Shown here: in pieces, positions 1 to 9,709 of the stretch
How the letters are laid out: each line of letters starts with the position of its first letter
How positions within the stretch are numbered: the stretch's first letter is position 1
From: Pelagomonas calceolata
Lineage: Eukaryota
Assembly: GCA_918797485.1 (NCBI GenBank)
Contig: CAKKNE010000003.1
Coordinates: 2,418,001-2,482,000, forward strand
Direction: 5' to 3'
DNA length: 64,000 nucleotides
Notes under the pieces: generated by a model
Database searches by the model: none
Told to the model about the DNA's origin: nothing
What the model saw: only the letters and a program-made list of their open reading frames with translations
Made by a program: the position numbers and the translations under genes

Positions 1-328
1 CCAAGTAGCTTCTACAGAGCCGCACAGCCGCCAAGCTCAGTTCCGAACACCCCACACAAAAACACGAGGAATTCCATCACAGCCAGGTGGACGACGGCAG
101 GTCGAGACGGTCGACGGGCGCTACAGGTGCTTGCTAGCGTCCTGTCAGACACTAGCAATCACGCGGGAGCGGGAGGGGTACGGGGAACCCTGCGACGTAA
201 CTAGCCTCAGCCTCACGCGTCTCTTCAGTTGCTTTGCTTAGAGCTAGGCCGCCTAGCTACCCGGCCGCCGCGGGGCTGCTTCCGTCGAGAGCTCTTCACA
301 ATCATCAAACAACATAGCTTTACACTAC

Positions 329-1009
329 TCAGTAGTAGGCCGCGTGGAGCCAGAACTCAAGGACTTTCCGGACGAGTTCCGGCGGGAGAAGAGGCGTTTC
401 GAGGATCGACGCGATCCGCACGACGTGGGCTTGAGCGTATCTCTGGAATCCGCCGGCGTTTCTGACTCGTACGATGTACGGGTCCGTGTTATCTGTGGGT
501 ATCTCAGCGCCCGCGCGGAGAAATAAAGGCCACGTACGGCGAGGCCCTTCTTTGAGTGCAACGCGGAAAGGCGTATACCCGCTCCAGTCTCTTACATGAG
601 GAGAAGCGCCTGCGGCCAGGAGCACTTCGACGCAATTTGCACGGCTGTCCCTGCCAGCCGCAACGTGCAGTGCTGTGGTATAACCGTTTTTTGACGCAGC
701 ATCGAGATTAACGCCGCTTTGAACTAGCCACGACACCAATTCGACACTTCCACTTATAGCCGCATAGTGAAGTGGCGTGAGCCCAACAATATCGGTCGCT
801 TCCAAATTTGCCCCGGCGTCGCGAAGCAGCATGATGCAGGCCTCATGGTCGCGCGTAGCGCATTCAACATTTCGGCACAAGACATGCAGAGGTGTTCTTT
901 CCCAATCCTCATCGATATTATCGACTGTATCTGGCGGCACATCTTCCGCAAGCAACCGCCGGAGCGTCTCGACGTCAGCGTCGCGTGCGGCATCGTGTAT
1001 GGGTGCCAT
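329..1009 (-). CDS. Ankyrin-repeat protein
   Basis: Ankyrin repeats RTPLHVLC, GLTPLHYAA, TTALHVAA, GYTPFRVAL. Likely start MAPIHDAARD (ATG 1009); the ORF extends to 1204 through a short-repeat region. Confidence 0.85.
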   Translation of the reverse strand: MAPIHDAARDADVETLRRLLAEDVPPDTVDNIDEDWERTPLHVLCRNVECATRDHEACIMLLRDAGANLEATDIVGLTPLHYAAISGSVELVSWLVQSGVNLDAASKNGYTTALHVAAGRDSRANCVEVLLAAGASPHVRDWSGYTPFRVALKEGPRRTWPLFLRAGAEIPTDNTDPYIVRVRNAGGFQRYAQAHVVRIASILETPLLPPELVRKVLEFWLHAAYY

Positions 1010-1010
1010 A

Positions 1011-1142
1011 GGGTCAGACCAAGAGAGCAGCTCCCGGAGGAGGGCAGAATCGGCTCGCCCGGGGGGCTGAGGGTACCCTCGGCTGCGAGGCGCGAGCGGG
1101 TCAGACCACAGAGAGCAGCTCTTGAGGGTCAGCCAAGAGAGC
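1011..1142. repeat. Three short direct repeats gggtcag(a)cca(c)agagagc
   Basis: Copies at 1011-1033, 1098-1121 and 1126-1142, just upstream of the ankyrin ATG. Confidence 0.7.
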
Positions 1143-2156
1143 GGCCGTTGAGAGGCGCTATTTATGGACAGCGCAGCGAAGACGAGCAGCCAGAGACCAT
1201 GCAATTGCGGTGCGCCGCCGTAGCTGCCTATGCGGCGTTCTATTAGTTTGTATTAATAGCCCAGCCCCCATTGTCTGTCCGTGAAGTTAGTGTAACTAGG
1301 GTATCTCAGCGATCTCTCTGGCAACGGACGGCGACAGCCACAGGTACCTCCTCACGGATCTCTACAAAAAAATTCCCAAAAAGCCGAGTATGAATGCATA
1401 GGGGCGTAAATTCCTTATTAAATTTTGGGACAAGACACTGGCCCGGCCAGAAATGACCGCAGAAACGGCCCCAGCAGCCCCAACCAGCCTGTGCGCTGGC
1501 ACGATGGTCCCTCCGCATCCACTCTTGGGTCAGGCAGCGTTTTTATGCTCGAGTTCGTCGCACAAGGCATGCCACCAAAAACCGGTCTGTGTGCGGCGGT
1601 CGCCGCGGCCGGCGTAAAGCGTCCTCACGGATGGAAGTGAACGTCGGAAGGGCCTTGCCCCCTGCCCGCGGCGACCTCGACGACTTGGTTACGTCGCTGG
1701 TGCATGAGGGCGCGCGGTGGGCGGCTCCACGCACGGCTCGGCGCGCGGTCTTCGGACTTGGAGTAGCTAGACGCGCTACTTGGTTTCGTCACGCTGCTCC
1801 TATTGTGACGCGGGGACGCCATGCGTTTACGGAAGCCCGGAAGAGTACACGGATCGTGGCGGGCGCCGCGGCGACGATTCGCGGCCGCGATCACCCCGTC
1901 GCTCGTGAGTGGGACGCCACCCTCGTCGATTCCGTGCGGCGTCTCGTCCGACCTCACGGGCCCGTCGTATCCCGGCGCTGCGCCTCATTCGCGTCCCGGC
2001 GCGTCCGCGTCGGGCCCCTTGCAGCTGTCCGCCAGTGTGTGTGTTAATATGCCTAATTTAAGTTACATTCCACCATTACACTACACCAAGCCCAAACTAA
2101 TAGACCCGCCGTACCGGCCAGTGACACTGCCGTCCGCGGGGGCTAGCGGCGTGTAA

Positions 2157-2570
2157 GACACTAGCAAATGGAGCAAGCTTACCCGCTCCATCTGGGCGGG
2201 AGGATTTTGGTTCCTCGTGTGTTTGATAGGCGCGATCTGCGGCTTCATCGGCGCGCACATCTACAACTCGTGCCTCGTGCTGGTCTACGTCGTCTTCGCG
2301 TGGGTCTGGGTCGCGGGACTGATCCTCAACATCATCGTGGTCACGATCTTCTTCTTCGCGAACCGGCACGAGTTCTCGTGGGTCGAGGGCAGCTTCACCG
2401 CGTGGTACATCGCGTTCATGGTGTGGTCGCTGATACTGCTCGTGGTGAGAGTATACATCGCGGGCTTCGTGCACAAGTTCTTCAACGCGCTGCAGTCCGT
2501 CGGCGACGACCGCGCGAAGGAGCTCGGGGAGCACTCGAACTACGACCAGAAGTGCGTCGTGGTCCCGTAG
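2157..2570 (+). pseudogene. Multi-pass membrane protein, apparently lacking its 5' end
   Basis: Three to four hydrophobic segments with GC3-rich codons. The frame is open from a TAA at 2154 with no in-frame ATG ahead of the hydrophobic segments; an upstream exon cannot be excluded. Confidence 0.5.
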
Positions 2571-2642
2571 CAAAGTCACGTCGTCGACGGCGTAAGTACT
2601 TCAGAGACTGTACTAGATATGTCAAGAGATACAACAAAGAAG

Positions 2643-3101
2643 TTACAAATCCGGCAAGCCCACGCATCCCGCGCGCAGGTAGTCGCGCACGAGCAGCCCC
2701 GTGACGTCGTGGCCGTCGTCGACGTGCTTCCACGCCTCCGCGCGCGCGTCCCACCGGTAGGTCTGCGCGCCGCTTACGGGCGAGAGGAGGCTCACTGTCC
2801 GGGCGTCGTCGTTGGGCGCGAGCGTGAACGCGCCGCGGCTCGCACCGAGGTCGACGACGACGACGCCGCCCTCGCGCGACGTCGCCACGCCGTCGAGGCC
2901 CGCGAAGGCGGCGGCGACGCGGTCGGCGAGGCGCGCCGCGCGCTCCAAGAATCGCGCGGGGTCGTCGTCGTCAACAACTGCGGCTCGCTTCGGCGCCGCC
3001 GTCGGCCGCCGCCGCCGGCGCTCGCGCTTCCGCTTCGGATCTGCAATGGCGGGCATGGCGGCCGGCGGCCCGCGGGCGGCCGTCGCAAGGGTCCGGCGCA
3101 T
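2643..3101 (-). CDS. Frataxin/CyaY-like protein with organellar presequence
   Basis: EGGVVVVDLG...VSLLSPVSGAQTYRWD...W...DGHDVTGLL matches the frataxin SPxSG...Y...W pattern; Arg-rich N-terminus. Confidence 0.7.
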   Translation of the reverse strand: MRRTLATAARGPPAAMPAIADPKRKRERRRRRPTAAPKRAAVVDDDDPARFLERAARLADRVAAAFAGLDGVATSREGGVVVVDLGASRGAFTLAPNDDARTVSLLSPVSGAQTYRWDARAEAWKHVDDGHDVTGLLVRDYLRAGCVGLPDL

Positions 3102-3580
3102 CGATGCGCCGCCAGAGCGCGCCGCCACGCACCGCACAAATCGGGCTGTGGCGTGCATCCTCGCGCGAAGCGATGCACAGGAGATGCAGAACGCTGCTGA
3201 AGCGATGCCAGGCGACCAGCTACGTGTGTGCTCTCGCGATAGTTGGCCAACCGACGGCTGTCTTACGCAAAGAGGCCTCTTACACTAGTGTGTGTGTTGT
3301 TATGCCCCTGCGAAAACGAGGCTTGCTGCCCCTCACAGCCTCAGGAGGACGCCAACGGGAAGCTTGCGCGATCTTGGTCGGAGGGCGGTTCTTCCGTTCC
3401 CCCGTCGGCCGCGTGCCTACGCTTGCTCGACGGCGTGGCGGTGTCGATTCCTCACCCCGATGCCGGCGCCGAGCTCCTGAGTGCGGGCATGTCACAAGTA
3501 CGACCGCGCGACCGAACGGGCAATTGTAACTCACGTTGTTCTTAAGCCTACGAACGAGCTTTATCGAAGCAGTAACTTGC

Positions 3581-4303
3581 TCAGGCTCTACGGTAACGGA
3601 GATCAAAATGCCGCGCCACCCATAAAGCCTCCTGCTCCGCTTCGAACGCGACCGCCGCCGCAACCTGTGCCGCCGTCGGGGCAACGGGCAACGGGAATCG
3701 CGACGCTGGCTCGATGCGGACGCTGTCGCCCTCGTCGCCCAGCGAGACCGCCCAGCAGTACTCCTCTTCTAGGCCCGTCGCCATCACGCCCAGCCGCTCG
3801 CCGTTCTTGAAGACGGTTAGGGTGCCGGTGTCGAGGTCGAGCAGCAGGCCGATGGCGTCGCCCCGCCTCGCGTCCTGGCTCCCGGGCCAGCCCTGCCCTG
3901 GCAGGGGATTCCCTGGCCAGGGATGGCCGCCGTAGTAGTCTCTCCGCTCAACGAAGTCAGGACAGGTCTCCGGCGCTTTGGCGCCGGGGTAGCGCAGCCC
4001 ATCGCGCGCGGAGTAGAAGCAGTGGCCGTCGACATCGTACGAGTACCCTCGGTTCTCGACATCGTAGCCTGGCCGGATCAAGCCGAAGTGCACACGTACA
4101 CGGTGACGTAAGATCGTGAAGGCCGCGTAGTGCCGTCCGCTACGCATCGGGACGGCGCTCGCAGCGGTGAGGGGGACCCCACGGGCATGAAATGAGTCAT
4201 TTTCAATTCTCGTCGCCACCCCGCCGCGCTGCGACAGATCGATGAACGGGTGCGAGCGCGAGAAGATCGCCGCCGGCCTCTGCACCTCGTGCATGCGCCG
4301 CAA
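3581..4303 (-). CDS. SPRY/B30.2-domain protein, possibly 5'-degraded
   Basis: SGRHYAAFTI...GDAIGLLLDLDTGTLTVFKNGERLGV...YCWAVSL is a typical SPRY motif set. Confidence 0.7.
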   Translation of the reverse strand: MRRMHEVQRPAAIFSRSHPFIDLSQRGGVATRIENDSFHARGVPLTAASAVPMRSGRHYAAFTILRHRVRVHFGLIRPGYDVENRGYSYDVDGHCFYSARDGLRYPGAKAPETCPDFVERRDYYGGHPWPGNPLPGQGWPGSQDARRGDAIGLLLDLDTGTLTVFKNGERLGVMATGLEEEYCWAVSLGDEGDSVRIEPASRFPLPVAPTAAQVAAAVAFEAEQEALWVARHFDLRYRRA

Positions 4304-4687
4304 CCACTACTTGATAGTAGCAGCCTAGCCTAGCCACGATTCTGGCGTTGTGCGCGCGCGCCGCCCCTAGCCACCCCGCGCACCCCGGGCTGCTCGCAAC
4401 GTGCAGCGCCGCCCCTGTTGGCCCGGAAATGAGAGTTGCCCGCGTGAAAAATAGCCCAGAACACGCTGAGCACGGCCTTCAGCCTGGGGCTGCCCTGAAC
4501 GCTGCCGCGGCGCGCCGCCGGCCGGTTTTCCACGCAGGAGCTCGGTGCGCCGAGGGCCACAACGGCATGCTGGGCGAGTAGGCGATGCGTCCTGGGCGTC
4601 CTCGCACTTCAACGGGTCGAGCGCCGCGGAGCCTGGACGCTGGCTAGTGTCTTACTGCATGCTAGCTCGAATTTTTACGGTCGAAAA

Positions 4688-4883
4688 AAGAGGCCGTCGC
4701 GCATCTAATCGCACCACATAACACCGTACTTTGCTCGCAATTCCTAAGAGGCCGCGACGAGTTCTAATCGCACCACATCGAGCCAAGAGCACTTCACGAG
4801 CTCGCAATTCCTAAGAGGCCGACAACTTGGCATCGTACCACAGCCATTCAGCCAGCTGTACACAGGACAGCTGTACACAGGAC
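4688..4883. repeat. Tandem duplications upstream of the DEAD-box gene
   Basis: tctaatcgcaccacat at 4704 and 4763; gctcgcaattcctaagaggccg at 4733 and 4800; cagctgtacacagga twice at 4853-4882. Confidence 0.8.
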
Positions 4884-4886
4884 GCC

Positions 4887-7016
4887 ATGCGCCAATCGCG
4901 AGACAGCCGCAAGGCCTACCGTAGGAACAAGCAACAACAAGCCGTCGACGCCAAGGCCGCGGACGAGGCCAAATACTTCTGGCAGTGCGTGGACAGGGGC
5001 GGCGCCGCGCCGCCGCTCGCCGGCGCGCGCGAGTTGTTTGGGCAGCAGTCGACGGGCATCAATTTTGCGCAGTACGAGAAGATCCCCGTGACGCGCGGCA
5101 AGGGCACGCCGTCGAACAAAGAGATCGCGCCTTTACAATCTTTTAGGGACGTGAACGGCGTGCCGCCGTGGCTCAAGGCGACGCTTACGGGTAAAGACCG
5201 GTTGAACTACGAGACGCCGACGCCCATCCAGAAGCACACGATCCCGCTGGCCCTCGCGGGCCACGACGTCGTCGCGACGGCGCAGACGGGCAGCGGCAAG
5301 ACCGTCGCGTTTTTGCTGCCTTGTTTAACCGCGGCGAGCGCCGCGGCGAAAGAAAGAAGGAAGGCCAATCAGAAGGGCCCGGCGACGCCCTCGACCTTAG
5401 TCCTGGCACCTACGAGGGAACTCGCGACGCAGATCGCCGAGGAGTGCGCGAAGTTGTGCTTCGACGCCCCAAGACAGCAAAAGAACTGGTGCGTCTGCTG
5501 CTACGGCGGGGCCAACGCGCGGCCGCAATTGTCATTTCTGGCGAGAGGTGTCGAGGTCCTCGTGGCGACGCCGGGTCGACTCGTTGATTTCCTCGAGAGG
5601 TCGACGCAGCGCGGGCCCCTCGTCGACCTATCGAACGTGCGCTTCGCGGTGCTAGACGAGGCCGACCGCATGCTCGACATGGGCTTCGAACCGCAACTGA
5701 AAAGGATCGTGGCCTACCTGCCGTCGTCGCTCCAGCGGCAGACGCTCATGTTCTCGGCGACCTTTTCGCAAGCGGTGAAGGGTGTGGCGCAGACGTACTT
5801 GGACGGGAGTCGACTGGCGGAAGTCACGGTGGGGCGGGTCGGGTCGTCCGTGGCGAGCATCTCGCAGTTCCTGGTCGAGGCGCCGCGGAGCGGCCGGAAG
5901 CAGGACAAGTTCCCTTTGTTAAGGGACGTGTTGGTGCCCAATGAAAAAACGATAGTGTTCGTGCAACGAAAGCGGGACACGGCCTGGGTCTGTAGAGAGT
6001 TAAGAAAGAAGCTGAACGTGCGGGCCGAGGACATTCACGGGGACCGGAACCAGTCGCAGCGCGAAGCGGCGCTCGCGGCCTTCAAGGCCGGGCGCTGCGA
6101 CGTGCTTTGTGCTACGGACGTCGCCGCACGAGGGTTAGATGTGACGGACGTGCAACACGTCGTACAGTTCGACCTGCCACAAGATGAATTTGATACCTAC
6201 GTCCATAGGATCGGCCGGACGGGCCGGGCGGGGAAGACGGGGCGGGCGACGGCGTTTTTCGTGCCTGGCTACGAGACGAACCGCGGGAACCAGGATCTAC
6301 ACCGCGATTTGGTGCGGTTGTTCAAGGAGAACAAGCAGCCTTTACCATCGTGGTTCCTCGACACGCAGAACCCGCGCTCGGCGAAGAATAATGGTCATGT
6401 GGATGCGAAGCGGGCGGGCTCGTACGGCGACCGCGGCGGTGACCGCGGCGGCAACGGCTACGCGGACCGCGGCGGAAAGGGCGGCGGGCGCGGCGGCGGT
6501 CGCGGCAAGGGTTCTGATGGCGGGCGCGGCGGCCGCGGCGGCTTCGACGGCGGCCGGGGCGGCGGCCGGGGCAAGGGCAAGGGCGGCAAAGGCGGCAAAG
6601 GGCGCGAGCGCCGCTACGACGACGAGGCGCCGCTGCCTGGCACGCGCGCCGAGGCCATCCAGCGCGAGCGCGCGGCCAAGGCCAAGGCCAAGGCGCAGGA
6701 GCCCGAGCAGCCGGCCTTCCGCAACCACCGTGAGTACATCGCCTGGCTCACGAAGCAGAAGGAGGCGCAGGAGAAGCGCGACGCGGCGCCGCCGCCGGCA
6801 CCGCGCCAGAAGAAAAACGGCGCGCCGCCGCCGCCGCCGCCGTCCTTCGTCGAGAACGGCAAGGGGCGCGGCGGGCGCGGCGGCGGCCGCGGGCGCGGCG
6901 GGCGGGGCCGCGGCGGGAAGGGTGGCCGCGGCGACGCGAAGAAGAAGGTCGAGGTCATCGACGTGACGGCGCCGGCGAAGTCCCGGCGGCGCGGCAGCAG
7001 GAAGGGTGCCGAGTGA
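4887..7016 (+). CDS. DEAD-box RNA helicase (DDX3/Ded1-like) with RGG-rich tail
   Basis: Q motif TPTPIQ, AQTGSGKT, PTRELA, TPGRL, DEAD, SAT, ARGLD, HRIGRTGR; Gly/Arg-rich C-terminus. Confidence 0.95.
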   Translation: MRQSRDSRKAYRRNKQQQAVDAKAADEAKYFWQCVDRGGAAPPLAGARELFGQQSTGINFAQYEKIPVTRGKGTPSNKEIAPLQSFRDVNGVPPWLKATLTGKDRLNYETPTPIQKHTIPLALAGHDVVATAQTGSGKTVAFLLPCLTAASAAAKERRKANQKGPATPSTLVLAPTRELATQIAEECAKLCFDAPRQQKNWCVCCYGGANARPQLSFLARGVEVLVATPGRLVDFLERSTQRGPLVDLSNVRFAVLDEADRMLDMGFEPQLKRIVAYLPSSLQRQTLMFSATFSQAVKGVAQTYLDGSRLAEVTVGRVGSSVASISQFLVEAPRSGRKQDKFPLLRDVLVPNEKTIVFVQRKRDTAWVCRELRKKLNVRAEDIHGDRNQSQREAALAAFKAGRCDVLCATDVAARGLDVTDVQHVVQFDLPQDEFDTYVHRIGRTGRAGKTGRATAFFVPGYETNRGNQDLHRDLVRLFKENKQPLPSWFLDTQNPRSAKNNGHVDAKRAGSYGDRGGDRGGNGYADRGGKGGGRGGGRGKGSDGGRGGRGGFDGGRGGGRGKGKGGKGGKGRERRYDDEAPLPGTRAEAIQRERAAKAKAKAQEPEQPAFRNHREYIAWLTKQKEAQEKRDAAPPPAPRQKKNGAPPPPPPSFVENGKGRGGRGGGRGRGGRGRGGKGGRGDAKKKVEVIDVTAPAKSRRRGSRKGAE

Positions 7017-7060
7017 AGTGGTCATAAGTTCGTTTCGTTTTTAGACAGATAGATACAGGT

Positions 7061-8266
7061 TCAATAAACCTCCACGTGGTACCGCTTCTCCTTGCGGAGC
7101 GCCTTGATCCACGTCTTGAAGTCGAGGCCCCGCGCGACCGCCGCTTGTTCAAGAGCCGCCTCGATGCCCGGCTGCATGCCCTTGAGGCCGCACAAGTAGA
7201 GGTGGGCGCCGCCCGCGAGGCGCTCGAAGAGCTCGTCCGCGCGCTCCGTGAGCCGCTCCTGGACGTACATCTTCCCTCCAGTGGAAGTGGTCTGCTCCCT
7301 TGAAATCGCGAGTGTGAGCTCGAACTGGCCCGGCTTGTTCGCCGCGGCCTGCTCCCAGAGCTCCGGGTACAACACCGAGTCCGACGTCGGCCCGCCGAAC
7401 AATAACCAGGCCCGGCCCTCGAACGCCGCCGCCGCGGGCGTCCTTTCAATAAAGAGACGCTGAATGAACCCCCGGAAGGGCGCGACGCCCGTGCCCGTCG
7501 CGACCATGATGATGTCGGCCTCGTCGTCGTCGGGCAGGAGCATGCCTTTCCCGACGGCGCCCGTGATTTTCACGGAGGCGCCGGGCTTGGAGTCGCACAG
7601 AAAGTTCGAGCAGACGCCCTTCTTCGCTGGGTCCTCCGCACCGGTCTCGGGGTCCACATAAACGGCTCTACGGACGCAGAGCGACACGGACGTGCCGCCG
7701 CCGTCGTCCCCGTACCGCGACGACGCGATGGAGTAGAGCCGCTGCTGGTGGGGCTTGCCCGTCTTCGCATCAATGCCGGGCGGCAGCACGCCTATTGATT
7801 GGCCCTCGACGTAGGGCAGCCGCCCGCCCGTCTGCAGGGCCACGTGGCAGATCTCGCCCGGCGCGTCCGGGCCGATGGCGCGCTTCACGCTCATGACCGT
7901 GCTCTCGAGCGGCTGCGTCGGCTTGAACTTCGAGGCCGGCGTCTGCGGGTACTCGAGGAACGTGAGCTCGGGGCCCGGCGCGGCCGCGGCCGGTGCTGGT
8001 ACCGCCGCCGCATTTGAGGAGTAGATGGGCACGTCCGTGCGCTGGGCGAGCTCCTGCTCGAGCGCCGCGATCTTCTCGGCGTAGGACGCGTAGACCTCCT
8101 CCTTGGCCTTGCGCACGCTCTCGAGCTTGAGCGCGTGCTGCGCGGCGATCATGTCGGCCATCGCGTCGGCGGCGTCGAACTTCAGGGAGGTGCCGCCTTT
8201 GGAGAGGGACGGCGGCGGCTGCAACGCGCTGGCGAGCCCCGCAAGCGCGACGAGGAGACGCATCAT
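7061..8266 (-). CDS. petH: Ferredoxin-NADP+ reductase, plastid-type
   Basis: RLYSIASS, GVCSNFLC, MVATGTGVAPF, YLCGLKGM, C-terminal HVEVY; N-terminal signal peptide. Confidence 0.95.
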   Translation of the reverse strand: MMRLLVALAGLASALQPPPSLSKGGTSLKFDAADAMADMIAAQHALKLESVRKAKEEVYASYAEKIAALEQELAQRTDVPIYSSNAAAVPAPAAAAPGPELTFLEYPQTPASKFKPTQPLESTVMSVKRAIGPDAPGEICHVALQTGGRLPYVEGQSIGVLPPGIDAKTGKPHQQRLYSIASSRYGDDGGGTSVSLCVRRAVYVDPETGAEDPAKKGVCSNFLCDSKPGASVKITGAVGKGMLLPDDDEADIIMVATGTGVAPFRGFIQRLFIERTPAAAAFEGRAWLLFGGPTSDSVLYPELWEQAAANKPGQFELTLAISREQTTSTGGKMYVQERLTERADELFERLAGGAHLYLCGLKGMQPGIEAALEQAAVARGLDFKTWIKALRKEKRYHVEVY

Positions 8267-8474
8267 AGCTGAGAGCGTCCTAATGTGCCGCGCCACGGCT
8301 TACAAGCAGCAAATATCAAGGCGTTCTCTCGCTGTGTTTTGAAAGCTGATGGTATGGTATAGGTATAGGTAAGGGGTAAGGTATAGATAGGGACGCTTGG
8401 AGTTCAACGAATGACTTTAGCCTAGACATAGGGAGGGAGAGGGGTGCGACAGGGAGAAGACAGACAGGACGAGC

Positions 8475-9075
8475 TCAGGACCACGGGCACGACGCGCAGA
8501 CGGCCGGCCGGAAGATCCAGAGGATGATCGCCGCGATGACGGCAGACGTCGGGATGGTCAGGATCCAGGACACGAGGATCTTCCCGAGCATGGACCACTG
8601 GACGTGCTTGCAGCCGAGCGAGGCCAGCGCGACGGCCGTCACGGCGCCGATCTGGCAGTGAGTGGTAGAAACGGGCTGCTCCTGGATGGTGGCGATGACG
8701 ACGGACAGCGTCGAGCCGAACTCGATGCACCAGGCCGTGTGGAAGTCGACCGTCGCGATCTTGGACCCGACGGTGCGGATCACGCGCCAGCCGAGCGACC
8801 AGACGCCGAGCAGCACGAAGAAGCCGCCCACGGCCATGATCCAGACCTGTGTGGAAATCGGCCAGTGAGTTAGGTTATCTGAGCAGACGCAGCTACGGAG
8901 ACAACATCGCGTCGATGGCGTGGGGCGCCCGAAATTTGATTTCCACACAGATCCAGACGGGCGTCTCCGGCTGGTCGCACGAGTCGAGGCCGTTCTGGTA
9001 CGTGCCGAGCGTCGCCGAGAAGGCCGCCGTCGCGTTCGCCGTGTCGTTCGCGCCGTGGGCGAAGGACTGGACCCA
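8475..9075 (-). pseudogene. C-terminal part of a PiT/SLC20 phosphate transporter (intron 8847-8958)
   Basis: After splicing: QSFAHGANDTANA...ETPVWIMAVGG...GWRVIRTVG...PVSTTHCQIGAV...SWILTIP. An in-frame TAG lies about 10 codons upstream and no N-terminal PiT half is visible before CFAP52. Confidence 0.8.
8847..8950. mobile_element. Introner (non-autonomous TIR DNA element forming intron 8847-8958)
   Basis: TIRs ctgtgtggaaatc (8847-8859) and gatttccacacag (8938-8950); TSD atccagac at 8839-8846 and 8951-8958. On the gene strand the GT comes from the TSD and the AG from the TIR end. Confidence 0.92.
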
Positions 9076-9709
9076 CAGTCGAGCTCGAATCGGCCGGGTT
9101 TTCTAGGCCTCCCAGATATCGATGATATTGATACCTGGTGGGAACTCCCGACGACCTTCGGAGCCGTGGCATCGGCAGCTGGCGAGCCCATCACCCGCGG
9201 GCGCGCGACGACCGCGAACAGCGCAATGTGCTCAGTTAGACCCAGCCACAGGTAACGCACCTCCCATCGGCTAGAAAAGCCCACGTGAAGACCTGAGACC
9301 AAGCGGATTACTTAAACTCTAGGATAAATCGGAAAGGAAAGCAACCAGGACACAGAGCTGCCCAGGCAACGCTGGGAGATGGATCCCCCGCCGCGGACCG
9401 CCGGGCGACCCTGTACGCGGATGAACGCAGAAATAGTGTAGCTACGCTACAGGGGCAACGCCGCGGACGTCACGGTCGACCAGGTCGTCTGGCCCCACGG
9501 TAAGCGTAGAGCACGAGCTCGTGCGCCGCTTGAGGCGAGCCTGCTACGGTGCGAGGACTACTGAGACTGCTGCGGCTTGTCGGGTTTTTACTACAAGCTA
9601 CGCTACATTATGCCATAGCGCGACCGGCGGGGCAGCTAACGAAAAGCGCCGGCCCCAGCGCGTCCAAGGGAGCAGCAGTGCGAAGGGGGCAGCGACCGGG
9701 GCACCGACC

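Noticed and set aside
1306..2047. Overlapping ORFs between the ankyrin and membrane genes
   Set aside because: No recognisable domain or consistent codon bias.
2143..2164. CTAG motif as a Helitron 3' end (hairpin + CTRR)
   Set aside because: The hairpin is only 4 bp, the base after CTAG is variable rather than T, and copies share no extended upstream homology. Not fully excluded.
4688..4821. Repeat-spacer pattern resembling a CRISPR array
   Set aside because: Only two units of alternating blocks, eukaryotic context, no cas genes.
6184..7025. Long Arg/Ala/Pro-rich ORFs overlapping real genes, here and throughout the window
   Set aside because: Shadow frames expected from high GC and few stop codons.
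8351..8392. ggtat(a) short repeats as telomere-like sequence
   Set aside because: Short, irregular and internal; treated as a simple repeat.
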